32,467 nucleotides of DNA from Verrucomicrobiota bacterium (GTDB lineage: Bacteria > Verrucomicrobiota > Lentisphaeria > Lentisphaerales > Lentisphaeraceae): the NCBI GenBank assembly GCA_039798785.1, contig JBDKFG010000058.1, positions 1-32,467 on the forward strand, in the 5' to 3' direction. The position numbers and the translations under genes are program-made. Within the stretch, counting starts at the first letter, position 1, and each line of letters opens with the position of its first letter. Positions 17,406 through 26,866 of the stretch are shown here, in pieces. Under the pieces are notes generated by a model. It had not been told where the DNA came from, did no database searches, and worked only from the letters and a program-made list of their open reading frames with translations.

Positions 17406-18371
17406 TCAGCGCAGCGGCACGCCCTCGAGGGCTTGGCCGTCGGTGTCGAGGATCTGGAAGGAATGGACGCCGCCGGGGCCTTTCCAGGACCAGACCAGCT
17501 TCTTGTCGCGGGTGACTTCCCAGAGGTTGACTTCGCCCTTGCCGGCGGCGTAGCTGGTGACCACGGTGTTGCCGTCGGGCAGGCGTTGCAAGGCGCAGGC
17601 GTCCTTGATGATGCCGCCGAGCTCGGCGTTGCTGACCTCCCAGACTTTTCTGCCCTGGGCGTCGAACTCGGCGATGGAGTGGCCGTGGGTGAGGCTGGTG
17701 AGGAGGTGGCCGTTGGGGAGGAGGACGGCGGTGAAGGGCCATGCATGCTGTTGGCGTTTGGCATCGCCAGGCACCGAGGTGTCGATCTGGCCGAGCACCT
17801 GGCCCCGGACATCGTAGTGCTTGATGGCAAAGTCGAGGAGATGCGGCACCCAATAAGTACCGTCAGCAGCCTTGCGGGCCATGCGAGTCTGCATGTGCGC
17901 GTTGCCCTTCTGGCAGGCGAGAGGGAATTCGACCAGCACCTTGCCAGCCGGATCGATTTCAAGCAGGCGGGGTTTGGGGCCCGCCTCGGTCAGGACGTAG
18001 TTGCCTTCGGGGGTTTTCTGACAGCTGTTGACTTCGTCTTGAGCGCCTTTGTATTCCCAGACGGTCTTGCCGTCGCGGGTCATTTCGACGACGCCGCCGC
18101 CGGGGAAGCCCGGCTGCCCCCGGGTCACGGCGAGCAGGATATGGCCATCGGCCAGAACCCAGCCTTCGCGGGTGTTCAACTTCGATCTCCAGACGACTTC
18201 GCCTTCGGCAGGGCCGCCAGGCTTGAAGCTGCGGATCGCGGTCTCATGGCCGAAAGTGATGAAGGAATGAGTCTTGGGAGCTTGGGTCGGCGGCACGGCC
18301 TCTTCGGTGCGAGTGTCGAGGGCCAGCAGGCCGAGGCCGGCGAAGGCGGCGCAAAAAATCTTCTTCATCAT
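17406..18371 (-). CDS. Exported beta-propeller protein (PQQ-like/arylsulfotransferase-like repeats)
   Basis: Signal peptide and repeated 'LPNGHLL...EFDAQGRKVWE' blades; GGAGA RBS. Confidence 0.8.
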   Translation of the reverse strand: MMKKIFCAAFAGLGLLALDTRTEEAVPPTQAPKTHSFITFGHETAIRSFKPGGPAEGEVVWRSKLNTREGWVLADGHILLAVTRGQPGFPGGGVVEMTRDGKTVWEYKGAQDEVNSCQKTPEGNYVLTEAGPKPRLLEIDPAGKVLVEFPLACQKGNAHMQTRMARKAADGTYWVPHLLDFAIKHYDVRGQVLGQIDTSVPGDAKRQQHAWPFTAVLLPNGHLLTSLTHGHSIAEFDAQGRKVWEVSNAELGGIIKDACALQRLPDGNTVVTSYAAGKGEVNLWEVTRDKKLVWSWKGPGGVHSFQILDTDGQALEGVPLR

Positions 18372-18393
18372 CGGTTCTCCAGGTTAATCGGGT

Positions 18394-19503
18394 TCAGGCA
18401 AAGGCCGGAACACGCGGCGTGAAATCGACGACGCTGCCTTTGTCCCGGGCCGATGCCAGGCAGGTGTCGAGGACCTGCTGGGTCAGGAGGGTGATGGCGC
18501 CCCAATGGGGCTCGAGACGGCCGCTGAAGACGATGTCGCCAAAGCTCCGGAACAAATGCGATTCCTGGGCGCTGGGGTGGCCGTGTCCGTATTCCGGCAG
18601 GCTCACCAAGCGGCTGTGATTTTCCATGGCGTGATCGCAGCCGCGAGGACTGAAGACAGCTTGGCTGATTTCATACCCGACCTCGTTGCCGACATAGGGA
18701 ACGACGAAATCCGGAATCCGGATGTAGCCCTGGTCGCCGCTGAGGACAGCCCACTGCTGATGATGATTGCGGAAGGAGCAATAGAACGAAGCCGAGACGC
18801 CCTCGGCGAAAAAGACCTCGCCGGAGAATTCGGCCGGGACGCCGTGGATGCGCGCAAGAACGCGAGCGCTGACCCGGGTGGGAGGCTGGTAGTTCATCGC
18901 CCAGAGGATGAAGCGCAGCGCGTACCATCCGAGGTCGCCGGCGCAGCCGGCGGGTTCGAGCTCGGTGCTGGAGCGGATGTTGGCGCCGAAATCCTCCGGC
19001 GCGGTGAAGCTGAAGTGAGCAGTGACGCGACGGAGCCGACCGATGCCGCCTTGGTCGAGGGTCTGACGCAGAGAGGACAATCGACGGCTGTGCATGAACA
19101 TGACGCCGTCCATGAACTGGACGCCATGTTCAGCGCAGGCGGCGATCATCTCCGCAACCTCGGCGGCATCGAGGCCGGCGGGCTTCTCCGCCAGCACGTG
19201 CTTGCCGGCGGCGGCCGCCTTCAAGACCCATTCCTTGCGCAGGCCGGTGGGCAGGGGGATGTAAACGGCGTCGACGTCGTCCCGGGCGAGAAGCTCGTCA
19301 TAGCTGCCGCAGGCTTCCGGACGAAGAACGAAAGGCGCCTCGGCCTGGCAGTCGCAAATGAAGAGTTCGGCCTTATCGCGCTGGCGGCTGGCGACCGCAA
19401 CGACCCGGCCGTTGCCGGAGTTTCTGATCGCCAACCAGTTCTTCCGGGCGATGTCGGCAGTGGCGAGGATGCCCCAGCGGCAGAGGGAGTTGGTGTTCTT
19501 CAC
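18394..19503 (-). CDS. Gfo/Idh/MocA family oxidoreductase
   Basis: RWGILATADIA, VDAVYIPLPTGLR, GKHVLAEKP, FMDGVMFMH and GDLGWY motifs. The start overlaps the DUF1501 stop. Confidence 0.92.
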   Translation of the reverse strand: MKNTNSLCRWGILATADIARKNWLAIRNSGNGRVVAVASRQRDKAELFICDCQAEAPFVLRPEACGSYDELLARDDVDAVYIPLPTGLRKEWVLKAAAAGKHVLAEKPAGLDAAEVAEMIAACAEHGVQFMDGVMFMHSRRLSSLRQTLDQGGIGRLRRVTAHFSFTAPEDFGANIRSSTELEPAGCAGDLGWYALRFILWAMNYQPPTRVSARVLARIHGVPAEFSGEVFFAEGVSASFYCSFRNHHQQWAVLSGDQGYIRIPDFVVPYVGNEVGYEISQAVFSPRGCDHAMENHSRLVSLPEYGHGHPSAQESHLFRSFGDIVFSGRLEPHWGAITLLTQQVLDTCLASARDKGSVVDFTPRVPAFA

Positions 19504-20894
19504 GCCAGGATCCCCTTGATCACCCGGCCATGAACGTCGGTGAGTCGCATGTCGCGGCCGCCGAAGCGGTAGGTGAGGCGTTCGTGGTCCATGCCGAGAA
19601 GGTGGAGCATCGTGGCGTGCAGATCATGCATTTCCATCACCTTGTCGACGGCGCGGTAGCCGAACTCGTCGGTGGCGCCATAGGCGAAGCCGCCCTTGAC
19701 ACCTCCGCCCGCGAGCCAGACGGAGAAGCCTTGGGGATTGTGATCGCGGCCGTCCTTGCCCTGGGCGAAGGGGGTGCGGCCGAATTCGCCGCCCCAGAGG
19801 ACGAGTGTGTCGTTCAGGAGTCCGGTCCTTTCGAGATCGGCGAGAAGGGCGGCGATCGGCTGGTCAACGGCTCGGGCGTTGTCTTCGTGGCCTTGTTTCA
19901 AGCCGGAATGCTGGTCCCAGCGGTCGTGTCCGGCGATGGCGGGGCAGGTGAGCTGGATGAAGCGGACTCCACGCTCGGCGAGACGGCGGGCGAGGAGGCA
20001 TTGGCGGGCAAAGATGCGGGTCGGTGCGTAGGGGGCTTCGGTGCCGTAGAGTTCGAGGGTGGCCTGGCTTTCGCCGCGGAACTCCATCAGCTCGGGGATC
20101 GAGCTTTGCATGGCGAAGGCGGTCTCCTGGTTGGCGATGGCGGCCTCCAGGGCGTCCGGACGTCCCTGAGCCTGAGAATGAGCGCGGTCGAGCGCCGCGA
20201 CCAGCCCGAGCTTGGCCTCCTGTAGTCCGTGGCTCTTTTCCCGGGACTGGACGTTGGCGATGGCCGGAGCGGCAGGGCGCATGATCGAGGCCTGGTGGCT
20301 GGCAGGAAGGAAACCTGAGCCGAAGTTGTCGACGCCGCCGACCGGAGTCAGACCGCCATTGATGACGACAAAGGAGGGGAGCTGGGCGTTGAGGCTGCCG
20401 AGACCGTAGGAGGCCCAGGCTCCCATGGAGGGTCGCCCCTGCAGGCCGGAGCCGGTGTGGAGGAAGTAGTTGGCTGCTGTGTGCTCGGGGAATTTCGCCG
20501 TCATCGAGCGCAAGACGCAGAGCTTGTCGGCGTGGCGCGAGATGTGAGGAAAGAGCGAGGACACCGGCAAACCGCTCTGGCCGCAGGGCTTGAAGGTCCA
20601 GGGCGAGGGGAGGATGACGCCGTTGTTGCCGAACTGCGTCGGCTCGAGCTTGCCCATCACCTTGGCGGGGTCCTGCCCGGCGAATTTCGTCAACAAGGGC
20701 TTGGGATCGAAGCTGTCGACCTGCGAAGGACCTCCATCCATGTAGAGGAAGATCACCCGTTTCGCCCGGGCAGGGAAGTGAGTCGGCAGCCCCGTGCTGG
20801 GAGCCGAAAATCCGGGAAGGGAAGTCAAGGCGAGAGTGCCGAAACCAAGGGCGCTGCGATGCAGGAAGTCGCGACGGCTGAGTGCGGGATTCAT
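19500..20894 (-). CDS. DUF1501 domain protein (Tat-exported, sulfatase-like)
   Basis: Likely start MNPALSRRDFL (Tat motif); AKRVIFLYMDGGPSQVDSFDPKP, GRPSMGAW, WDQH, GEFGRTP, GRDHNP and RLTDVHG motifs. Confidence 0.93.
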   Translation of the reverse strand: MNPALSRRDFLHRSALGFGTLALTSLPGFSAPSTGLPTHFPARAKRVIFLYMDGGPSQVDSFDPKPLLTKFAGQDPAKVMGKLEPTQFGNNGVILPSPWTFKPCGQSGLPVSSLFPHISRHADKLCVLRSMTAKFPEHTAANYFLHTGSGLQGRPSMGAWASYGLGSLNAQLPSFVVINGGLTPVGGVDNFGSGFLPASHQASIMRPAAPAIANVQSREKSHGLQEAKLGLVAALDRAHSQAQGRPDALEAAIANQETAFAMQSSIPELMEFRGESQATLELYGTEAPYAPTRIFARQCLLARRLAERGVRFIQLTCPAIAGHDRWDQHSGLKQGHEDNARAVDQPIAALLADLERTGLLNDTLVLWGGEFGRTPFAQGKDGRDHNPQGFSVWLAGGGVKGGFAYGATDEFGYRAVDKVMEMHDLHATMLHLLGMDHERLTYRFGGRDMRLTDVHGRVIKGILA

Positions 20895-20907
20895 GTGGGG
20901 CTCCAAT

Positions 20908-20975
20908 GGAAAGGATGGAATGTTGGAAGCTTGGAGGAGGGAAAGCTCGCCCTGCGGCTCGCCTTCCAACCTTTC
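20908..20975. repeat. Degenerate 8-bp tandem repeats with an inverted partner
   Basis: GGAAAGGA-TGGAATGT-TGGAAGCT-TGGA, then CCTTCCAACCTTTC at 20962-20975, whose reverse complement is identical to 26506-26519. Confidence 0.55.
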
Positions 20976-20983
20976 CTGCTTTT

Positions 20984-23809
20984 TCAGTGCAGGAAGATGA
21001 ATTCCTTGAGCTGCAAGGCGGCGTGGGCGAGGGCGGTCCAGGCGGACTCCTCGTCGTGCTTATGACGACGTTCGGCGAGGAAGCTCTTCATCGCCTGGAC
21101 TTCTGCCGCGTCGGGGCTGCGGGAGAGACAGAGGCGGAAGAGCAGGTCGAAGCGCGAGTTTTCGTCGGACGCCTCCTTGAGGATTCGTTCTCCGAGCTTG
21201 CCGGAGAGCTCATGGACGAGGGGGTCGTTCATCATTGCCAGGGACTGGGCCGGGACCTGGGTGACCGAGCGGCGCCCGACGGTGAAGGAGGGCTGGGGAC
21301 GGTCGAAGGCATAGAGGAAGGTGGAGGGGAAGTTGCGCCGCACCGAGAGGTAGAGGCTGCGGCGCCCTTCGCCGTCGACCGGACCTGACTTCGGCTTGCC
21401 GCGGCCTTCGCCGTTCTGGTCGAGCCAGACCGGGACAGGCGGGCCGCCGAGCCTGGGATCGAGTCTGCCGGAGACGGCCAGTAGGGCGTCGCGCAGGCTT
21501 TCGGCGGGGAGTCGGCGGAGATTCTGGCGGTGCAGCAGGAGATTGCCGGGATCGATCTCTTCGCTTTGGGCATCCGCCCGGGAACTCATCCGGTAGCTGC
21601 GGGAGCAGACGATGCGTCGCAGGGCGGCTTTGATCGACCAGCGGTCCTGCTTTTCGAGACGCAAGGCGAGATGATCGAGCAGTTCGGGGTGGCTGGGGCG
21701 ATCGCCGAGAACGCCGAAATTGTCGGTGCTGGCGACGAGGCCGCGGCCGAAGAGCTGGTGCCAGAGGCGGTTGACCAGGACTCGTGAAGTGAGTGGATGG
21801 CGGGGAGTGAGCAGAGATTCCGCCAGTTCAAGACGGCCGGAACCGGTGGAGGAGAAGGCCTGGTCGCCGCTGAGCACGGCGAGGCCGCGGCGGGGCACGA
21901 GCTCTCCCGGTGCCCGCGGGCTGCCGCGGAGAGGGAGGTGGTAATCTCTACCCGATCCGTCGGCAGTGCCGAGACACCATTGTCTTTGCCCCAGACCTGC
22001 AGCGGCCTTCTGCCAGGCGGCGAATGGCGCGGCCTCGACCGGGGGGATGGAAGGAAGATCCCAAGCCGCGGCCAGTTCCGGCGGCCGCGGCGAATCGCTG
22101 AAGACCACGGCATCGAGTGCGAACCATCCTTGATCCCCGTAGGCCTGGGGATGCGGCGAGGCGGGATCGGCAGGGACGCAGTCGAGAACTTCGAGATAGG
22201 CATGGTGGATGATCCCGCCGGAGGGAAGCCATTTCTCCAGGTCGAAGCTGAGCCAATGCGCCGCTCCGTCTTCGAGATGACGATGCAGCTGGCCATTCAG
22301 CGGGTCGCGGATCATCTTGAAGCCCTCGATGCAGGCTCGCAGGCGGCTGTCTTCGCCGGCGGCCCGGACATGGAGGAATCGTCTCCTGATGTCGAAATCG
22401 GGCGAGCGCACTTGCACTTCCGCCGCCCGTCCGAGGAGGGCGCTATCGACACCTCGGCTCAGCCAGCGGCGGCTGACCGGCTTGGCGGCATCCAGTCCGG
22501 GCGCAATGCTGCCGGGCGAGGCGAGGACTTCGTCGAGCGGCAGGCCGATGGAGCTCCACCCGGCGGCCTTGCCCGGGGCGGGAAGAGGCATGACCTCGGC
22601 AAGTGGGGACGGCGCCGCTCCTTGCGGCAAGGGTGCCGGCAAGGGCAGCCTGGCCTTGGCAGCGCGGGCCTCGGCGAGCCGCGCCTCTCGAGCCGGACCG
22701 GCCTCGACAGGCTGCAATGCGTAGCGGCTCGAGGCGAAAATACCGAAAAGGGCGGTGTAGTCCTTCTGGCTGATCGGATCGAACTTGTGGTCGTGACAGC
22801 GGGCGCAGGCGACGGTGAGGCCGTGGAAGGTCTTGCTGAAAGTGTCGATGATGTTGTCGACGCGGTCGGACTGGTGTACGAGGATGTCGGTGGGCGAGTG
22901 CATGTCTTCGCCAAGTCGCAGGAAGGCCGGGCCGAGGACCGATTCGTTGGCGCCGCTGACCGGGTCGCACCGCGGCTCCGGCAGCAGGTCTCCGGCGATC
23001 TGTTCGCGAAGAAGCTGATCATAGGGAAGGTCGGCATTGAAGGCCCGCACCAGGTAGTCGCGGTAGCGCCAGGCCGCGTGCATCTCAAAATCGAATTCAT
23101 GACCATAGCTTTCGGCGTAACGCGCCAGGTCGAGCCAGTGCCCTGCCCATTTTTCTCCATAGGCCGGCGATGCGAGCAGGCGCTCAACTTGTCTCTCCCA
23201 GGCCCCGGGCGCGGGGTCGTCAAGGAAGGCCTTCAGCTCCGCCGGGCTCGGCGGCAGGCCGGTGAGATCGAAGCTGAGCCGACGCAGCAGGACGGCGCGA
23301 TCCGCCTCCGCTGCCGGCTTGAGTCTTTTCGCCTCCAGGGCGGCGAAGATGAATCGGTCGATGTCGTTGCGGCACCAGCCCGGATCCGTCACCGCCGGCG
23401 GCTCCCTCTGCTGCGGCGCCTCGAAGGCCCAGAAGGGAGCAAAGGGCGCCCCCTCCTGAATCCAACGACGCAAGGTGGCGATCTCGGCGCCGCTGAGACG
23501 ATTGCCGGCATTGCGCGGCATGCGCTCGTCCTCGTCGTGAGTTTCGATGCGGCGCATAAGTTCGCTCTCTTCAGGCTTCCCTGGCACCAGGGCCCGCTGA
23601 CCTTCCTCACCGACGAACTTGAGCAGTGCCGTCCGCTCGTCAAGACGCAGATCGGCCTTGCGGTGGCTGGCGTCAGGCCCATGGCAGTGATAGCACTTCG
23701 CCGCCAACAAGGGCTGCACCTCGCGGCTGTAGTCGACCTTGCCCTCGCCGCCTTGCAGTGAGGGCAGCATCAACACGCCTCCCAGAAAGATGAAAGATAG
23801 GCATTTCAT
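20984..23809 (-). CDS. PSD1 / planctomycete cytochrome c domain protein (DUF1549 and DUF1553)
   Basis: KCYHCHG (PSCyt1), LLRRLSFDLTGLPP, YGEKWAGHWLDLARYAES, CARCHDHKFDPI, PLTSRVLVNRLW, PSHPELLDHLA and RRSLY motifs. Confidence 0.95.
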   Translation of the reverse strand: MKCLSFIFLGGVLMLPSLQGGEGKVDYSREVQPLLAAKCYHCHGPDASHRKADLRLDERTALLKFVGEEGQRALVPGKPEESELMRRIETHDEDERMPRNAGNRLSGAEIATLRRWIQEGAPFAPFWAFEAPQQREPPAVTDPGWCRNDIDRFIFAALEAKRLKPAAEADRAVLLRRLSFDLTGLPPSPAELKAFLDDPAPGAWERQVERLLASPAYGEKWAGHWLDLARYAESYGHEFDFEMHAAWRYRDYLVRAFNADLPYDQLLREQIAGDLLPEPRCDPVSGANESVLGPAFLRLGEDMHSPTDILVHQSDRVDNIIDTFSKTFHGLTVACARCHDHKFDPISQKDYTALFGIFASSRYALQPVEAGPAREARLAEARAAKARLPLPAPLPQGAAPSPLAEVMPLPAPGKAAGWSSIGLPLDEVLASPGSIAPGLDAAKPVSRRWLSRGVDSALLGRAAEVQVRSPDFDIRRRFLHVRAAGEDSRLRACIEGFKMIRDPLNGQLHRHLEDGAAHWLSFDLEKWLPSGGIIHHAYLEVLDCVPADPASPHPQAYGDQGWFALDAVVFSDSPRPPELAAAWDLPSIPPVEAAPFAAWQKAAAGLGQRQWCLGTADGSGRDYHLPLRGSPRAPGELVPRRGLAVLSGDQAFSSTGSGRLELAESLLTPRHPLTSRVLVNRLWHQLFGRGLVASTDNFGVLGDRPSHPELLDHLALRLEKQDRWSIKAALRRIVCSRSYRMSSRADAQSEEIDPGNLLLHRQNLRRLPAESLRDALLAVSGRLDPRLGGPPVPVWLDQNGEGRGKPKSGPVDGEGRRSLYLSVRRNFPSTFLYAFDRPQPSFTVGRRSVTQVPAQSLAMMNDPLVHELSGKLGERILKEASDENSRFDLLFRLCLSRSPDAAEVQAMKSFLAERRHKHDEESAWTALAHAALQLKEFIFLH

Positions 23810-24031
23810 TCGTGAGCCCTCAAGATTGGGTGATGCCGCAATTATAGACTGCTGTAACGATCTAGCAAGGGCTATTCCTGTTTTTTTTCGAAACTAGAGC
23901 GATGGCGTACGCAGGAAGGAAACTCCGTCCAGGGCAAGCGAGCTAGATTGATTCGGTGAAATCCGCACGTTCCGCCGATGGATCCGGTCAGGAGGCGGAA
24001 ATAAAGAGCGGAACACCTCCGGGAAACATTC

Positions 24032-24547
24032 ATGACCGAAGCCGAGATCGTCAACTTTTTCATGGCTCACCGCGACCGACTCTGGGCGATGGCGAATCTC
24101 ATCCTGCGCGACCATCACCTCACCGAAGACGCATTGCAAGAGACGCTCCTCACCCTGCTGCAGAAGCGGGAGAGCTATGATCCCACGCGGCCCTTGCTCC
24201 ATTGGGCCTTCGGCATCACCCGCAACAAAGCCTTGAAGATCGTCGACAAGAGTCATCGCTACTGCCTGTTCGGCGAGGAGCAGCTGCATATCCTTCAGAA
24301 CGTCCTCATCTCCGACGCTCAGGAGGGCGCTTCTCCGGACCGGCGCCTCGACGCACTGCAGCACTGCCTCTCCCTGATGAGTCCGGAGAACCGCCAGCTG
24401 ATGCTGCAGAAATACCAGCAGCGCGCCAGCATCCGCAAGATCAGCGGCAGCTCCGGTCGCAGCGAAGTGGCGGTGAGCTCCCTGCTGCAAAGGCTACGCG
24501 CCCAGCTGCACCGCTGCATCCGCAATCAACCCGGGATGGCGACATGA
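24032..24547 (+). CDS. ECF sigma-70 factor, Rhodopirellula/Verrucomicrobium type
   Basis: EDALQET...YDPTRPLLHWAFGITRN, LDALQHCL..MSPENRQLM..KY and LQRLRAQLHRCI motifs. Confidence 0.92.
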   Translation: MTEAEIVNFFMAHRDRLWAMANLILRDHHLTEDALQETLLTLLQKRESYDPTRPLLHWAFGITRNKALKIVDKSHRYCLFGEEQLHILQNVLISDAQEGASPDRRLDALQHCLSLMSPENRQLMLQKYQQRASIRKISGSSGRSEVAVSSLLQRLRAQLHRCIRNQPGMAT

Positions 24548-26148
24548 AAGCCGAGGACGAAGCCGACGATCTGACTCTCATCATCCGCTGCCTCGAAGGG
24601 CTTGCCAGCCCCGAGGAGGAGGAGGAATTCCGCCGGCGCTCCCAGGATCCCGCCTTCCTCAAAACCTGCCTCGACTATCAGCTCGACGCTTCCCTGCTGC
24701 CGAGGGCGCTCCTGGCGTCTCAGACCACGATTCCCCGCGAATCCTCCGGCCTCAGCGCCCGGCGCCTCCGCGTGCGGCGTCCGGTCCGAAGCCGAAGCAG
24801 TCTCTGGCTGCCGCTTCTAGCCGCCGCCAGCGTCCTCCTAGCCGCAGGAGTCTGGCTGACGCTTCGCCCCGGCTCCGATCTGCCGCAACTTGTCGAGGCC
24901 GCGCCCGGCTGGCCCGCCGCCGGCCGCAGCGTCGCCAAGGGTCAGACCTACCAGGCTCCAGACTCCCGCAGCCTCAAGCTCCGCTATCCAGACGGCAGCA
25001 CTTTGACTTTGGCGCCTTCCACCTGCATCAGCTTCGAGTCCCGGCAAGGCAAGCGCCTGCGGCTGCTCGAAGGCGGACTCGAAGCGCAGATCCAGCCGCA
25101 AGCCGGCGACTCCCCCTTTATCCTCGAGACCGGCGTAGCCCGTGCCCAAGTGATCGGCACGGCCTTCACGCTGCAGGCCGGGGCGAACTGGAGCGAACTC
25201 AAGGTCTCGCACGGCGCGGTTCTCTTCCGCTCTTTGGGCGGCAAGGAGCTGATGGTCGGCGCCGGCGAGGCGGCAATCGCCGACACCCAGGAATTCCGTC
25301 GCCGCCAGGAGCAGCCGAAAGTGGAAAAACTCGGGCTCGTCGCCACCTCCACCAGCAAAGCAGTGCCCTTCGTTTTCAAAGACCGGCTCTATCTGCTCCT
25401 GTGCAAGAGCCCTGCAGGCTACACCCTTGCCGATGAACAGGGGCGCAAGATCCGCGACTTCCCCCAGGGCGGCGCCATCCCTTCCGTCCTGGTCGATAAT
25501 GGTCTCGTCCATATCGTCTCCTCCCTCTGGGAAGGAGACAAGGCGCATCAGCTCCGCATCGCCTCCTCGGCAGATCTGGTCGATTGGAAGGAAAGGAATC
25601 TCTACCGATCTCTCGACGAAGGCTTCTGTCACCACAGCATCACCAAGGCCGGAGACAGATACGTCATCTGCCTCGAAAGAGCGGCGCCGAACTTCCCCGC
25701 CCGTTTCCTCGCTTCTTCAGATCTTGAGACCTTCACTCCGATGCCGGCTGAATTCCAGCTCTCCCCCGGCCACTACCTGGCCCCCCACAATTTCCTCTGG
25801 CACAAAGGTTGTTATTATCTCTTCTGGATCGGCCCCTCCCCTGCCGGCGCCGCCCAATACCTCAGCCGCTCCGCCGATCTGAAATCCTGGCAGGGAAGCC
25901 CGAAAAACCCCATCCTGCAATCTTCCACGCTCGACCGCCTCATCCGCCCGGGACGGCACTTCGACTCCAGGCAAATGGAGCCAATCTCCCAACAAAACCC
26001 GTTCGATAACAACGAAATAGGAATTTGCGAATTCCGCGGCGTCACCCGGATCTTCTTTCACTCCGGCGGCAACCCGGGCTTCATCTCGGAGGCTCGTTAC
26101 GACGCCCGCCTAGGCGATTTTCTCGAGAGCCTATTCCCGAAACCTTGA
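24544..26148 (+). CDS. FecR-domain anti-sigma factor with a C-terminal glycoside-hydrolase-like beta-propeller
   Basis: Likely start ATG 24544, overlapping the ECF stop. TM helix, then the FecR motif (YPDGSTLTL...RLLEGGLEAQI...AQVIGTAF...VSHGAV), then PFVFKDRLY and repeated S.DL..W Asp-box-like motifs and SPKNPIL. Confidence 0.85.
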   Translation: MKAEDEADDLTLIIRCLEGLASPEEEEEFRRRSQDPAFLKTCLDYQLDASLLPRALLASQTTIPRESSGLSARRLRVRRPVRSRSSLWLPLLAAASVLLAAGVWLTLRPGSDLPQLVEAAPGWPAAGRSVAKGQTYQAPDSRSLKLRYPDGSTLTLAPSTCISFESRQGKRLRLLEGGLEAQIQPQAGDSPFILETGVARAQVIGTAFTLQAGANWSELKVSHGAVLFRSLGGKELMVGAGEAAIADTQEFRRRQEQPKVEKLGLVATSTSKAVPFVFKDRLYLLLCKSPAGYTLADEQGRKIRDFPQGGAIPSVLVDNGLVHIVSSLWEGDKAHQLRIASSADLVDWKERNLYRSLDEGFCHHSITKAGDRYVICLERAAPNFPARFLASSDLETFTPMPAEFQLSPGHYLAPHNFLWHKGCYYLFWIGPSPAGAAQYLSRSADLKSWQGSPKNPILQSSTLDRLIRPGRHFDSRQMEPISQQNPFDNNEIGICEFRGVTRIFFHSGGNPGFISEARYDARLGDFLESLFPKP

Positions 26149-26214
26149 GACGCCTCTTCTGACGCCGCGCCCGGCCCCGCCCAAATGCCGATAAATTTCG
26201 ACTTGTTTTGATCG

Positions 26215-26241
26215 GAATCAAGCTCAATTGAACCGCAGAAG
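26215..26241 (+). repeat. 27-bp dispersed repeat, exact copy of 7979-8005 (reverse complement)
   Basis: GAATCAAGCTCAATTGAACCGCAGAAG, which continues here as ACGCCGAGGAACGCGGA. Confidence 0.9.
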
Positions 26242-26318
26242 ACGCCGAGGAACGCGGAAAGAATGATTGGCAGAGTGAGTGCCCGCTCACCTTCTCTCCG
26301 TTTATCCTCATTTTGCAG

Positions 26319-26480
26319 GCGTATCCAAGACGCCTCATGAGGCATGCAGGGAACCCCTGCAAAAAAGCTTCCGGTCTGGATACTGCCGAATTCTGGTGCT
26401 CGCCCCCTTGCGGGTCGCAACATGGCAGCCCAGGGTCGAGCAGCAGGAGCGAAGGTCAAAAATGATTGTCTTGGATACGC
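26319..26480. mobile_element. Possible small non-autonomous element (162 bp) bounded by 13-bp perfect inverted repeats
   Basis: GCGTATCCAAGAC (26319-26331) and GTCTTGGATACGC (26468-26480). No target duplication seen. Confidence 0.5.
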
Positions 26481-26489
26481 GTGGCTCAT

Positions 26490-26706
26490 CCTAAAAACCG
26501 CAGTTGAAAGGTTGGAAGGTTCAAAGGTTGTAAGGTTTAGCTACAACAGCAATAGGTTATGATATCCGAAGAACTCTTGGCAAAGTTCAGGATCCTAAAG
26601 TCTTCCTGGCAGCACAATTTCATTGCTTGTTATTCTTGTTCAATTGTTTGCGTTTCAAATTTTCAACCTTTCAACCCGGCTCCGCTGCTCTACTGCGGTT
26701 TTTAGG
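26490..26706. mobile_element. 217-bp MITE with 15-bp perfect terminal inverted repeats and a 5-bp target-site duplication (possibly IS1380-related)
   Basis: CCTAAAAACCGCAGT (26490-26504) and ACTGCGGTTTTTAGG (26692-26706), flanked by CTCAT at 26485-26489 and 26707-26711. The interior is AT-rich. Confidence 0.85.
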
Positions 26707-26866
26707 CTCATTGTGCCATCTGTGGACATCTGGCTTTCTTCGCGTCCTCGTTCCTTCGAGCGATCCAGGTCGATAAATTTCCGCCGGGGAGAGTTGATCT
26801 ACGGATTCCGCATTAAACTGAAGAGACACCTTCTCCCTGCCCAAAATCCCTAGCCAGTCAATCTCC

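Noticed and set aside
24202..24543. N-terminal extension of ORF 24202..26148
   Set aside because: It overlaps the ECF gene in another frame. The ATGA-coupled start at 24544 is more plausible.
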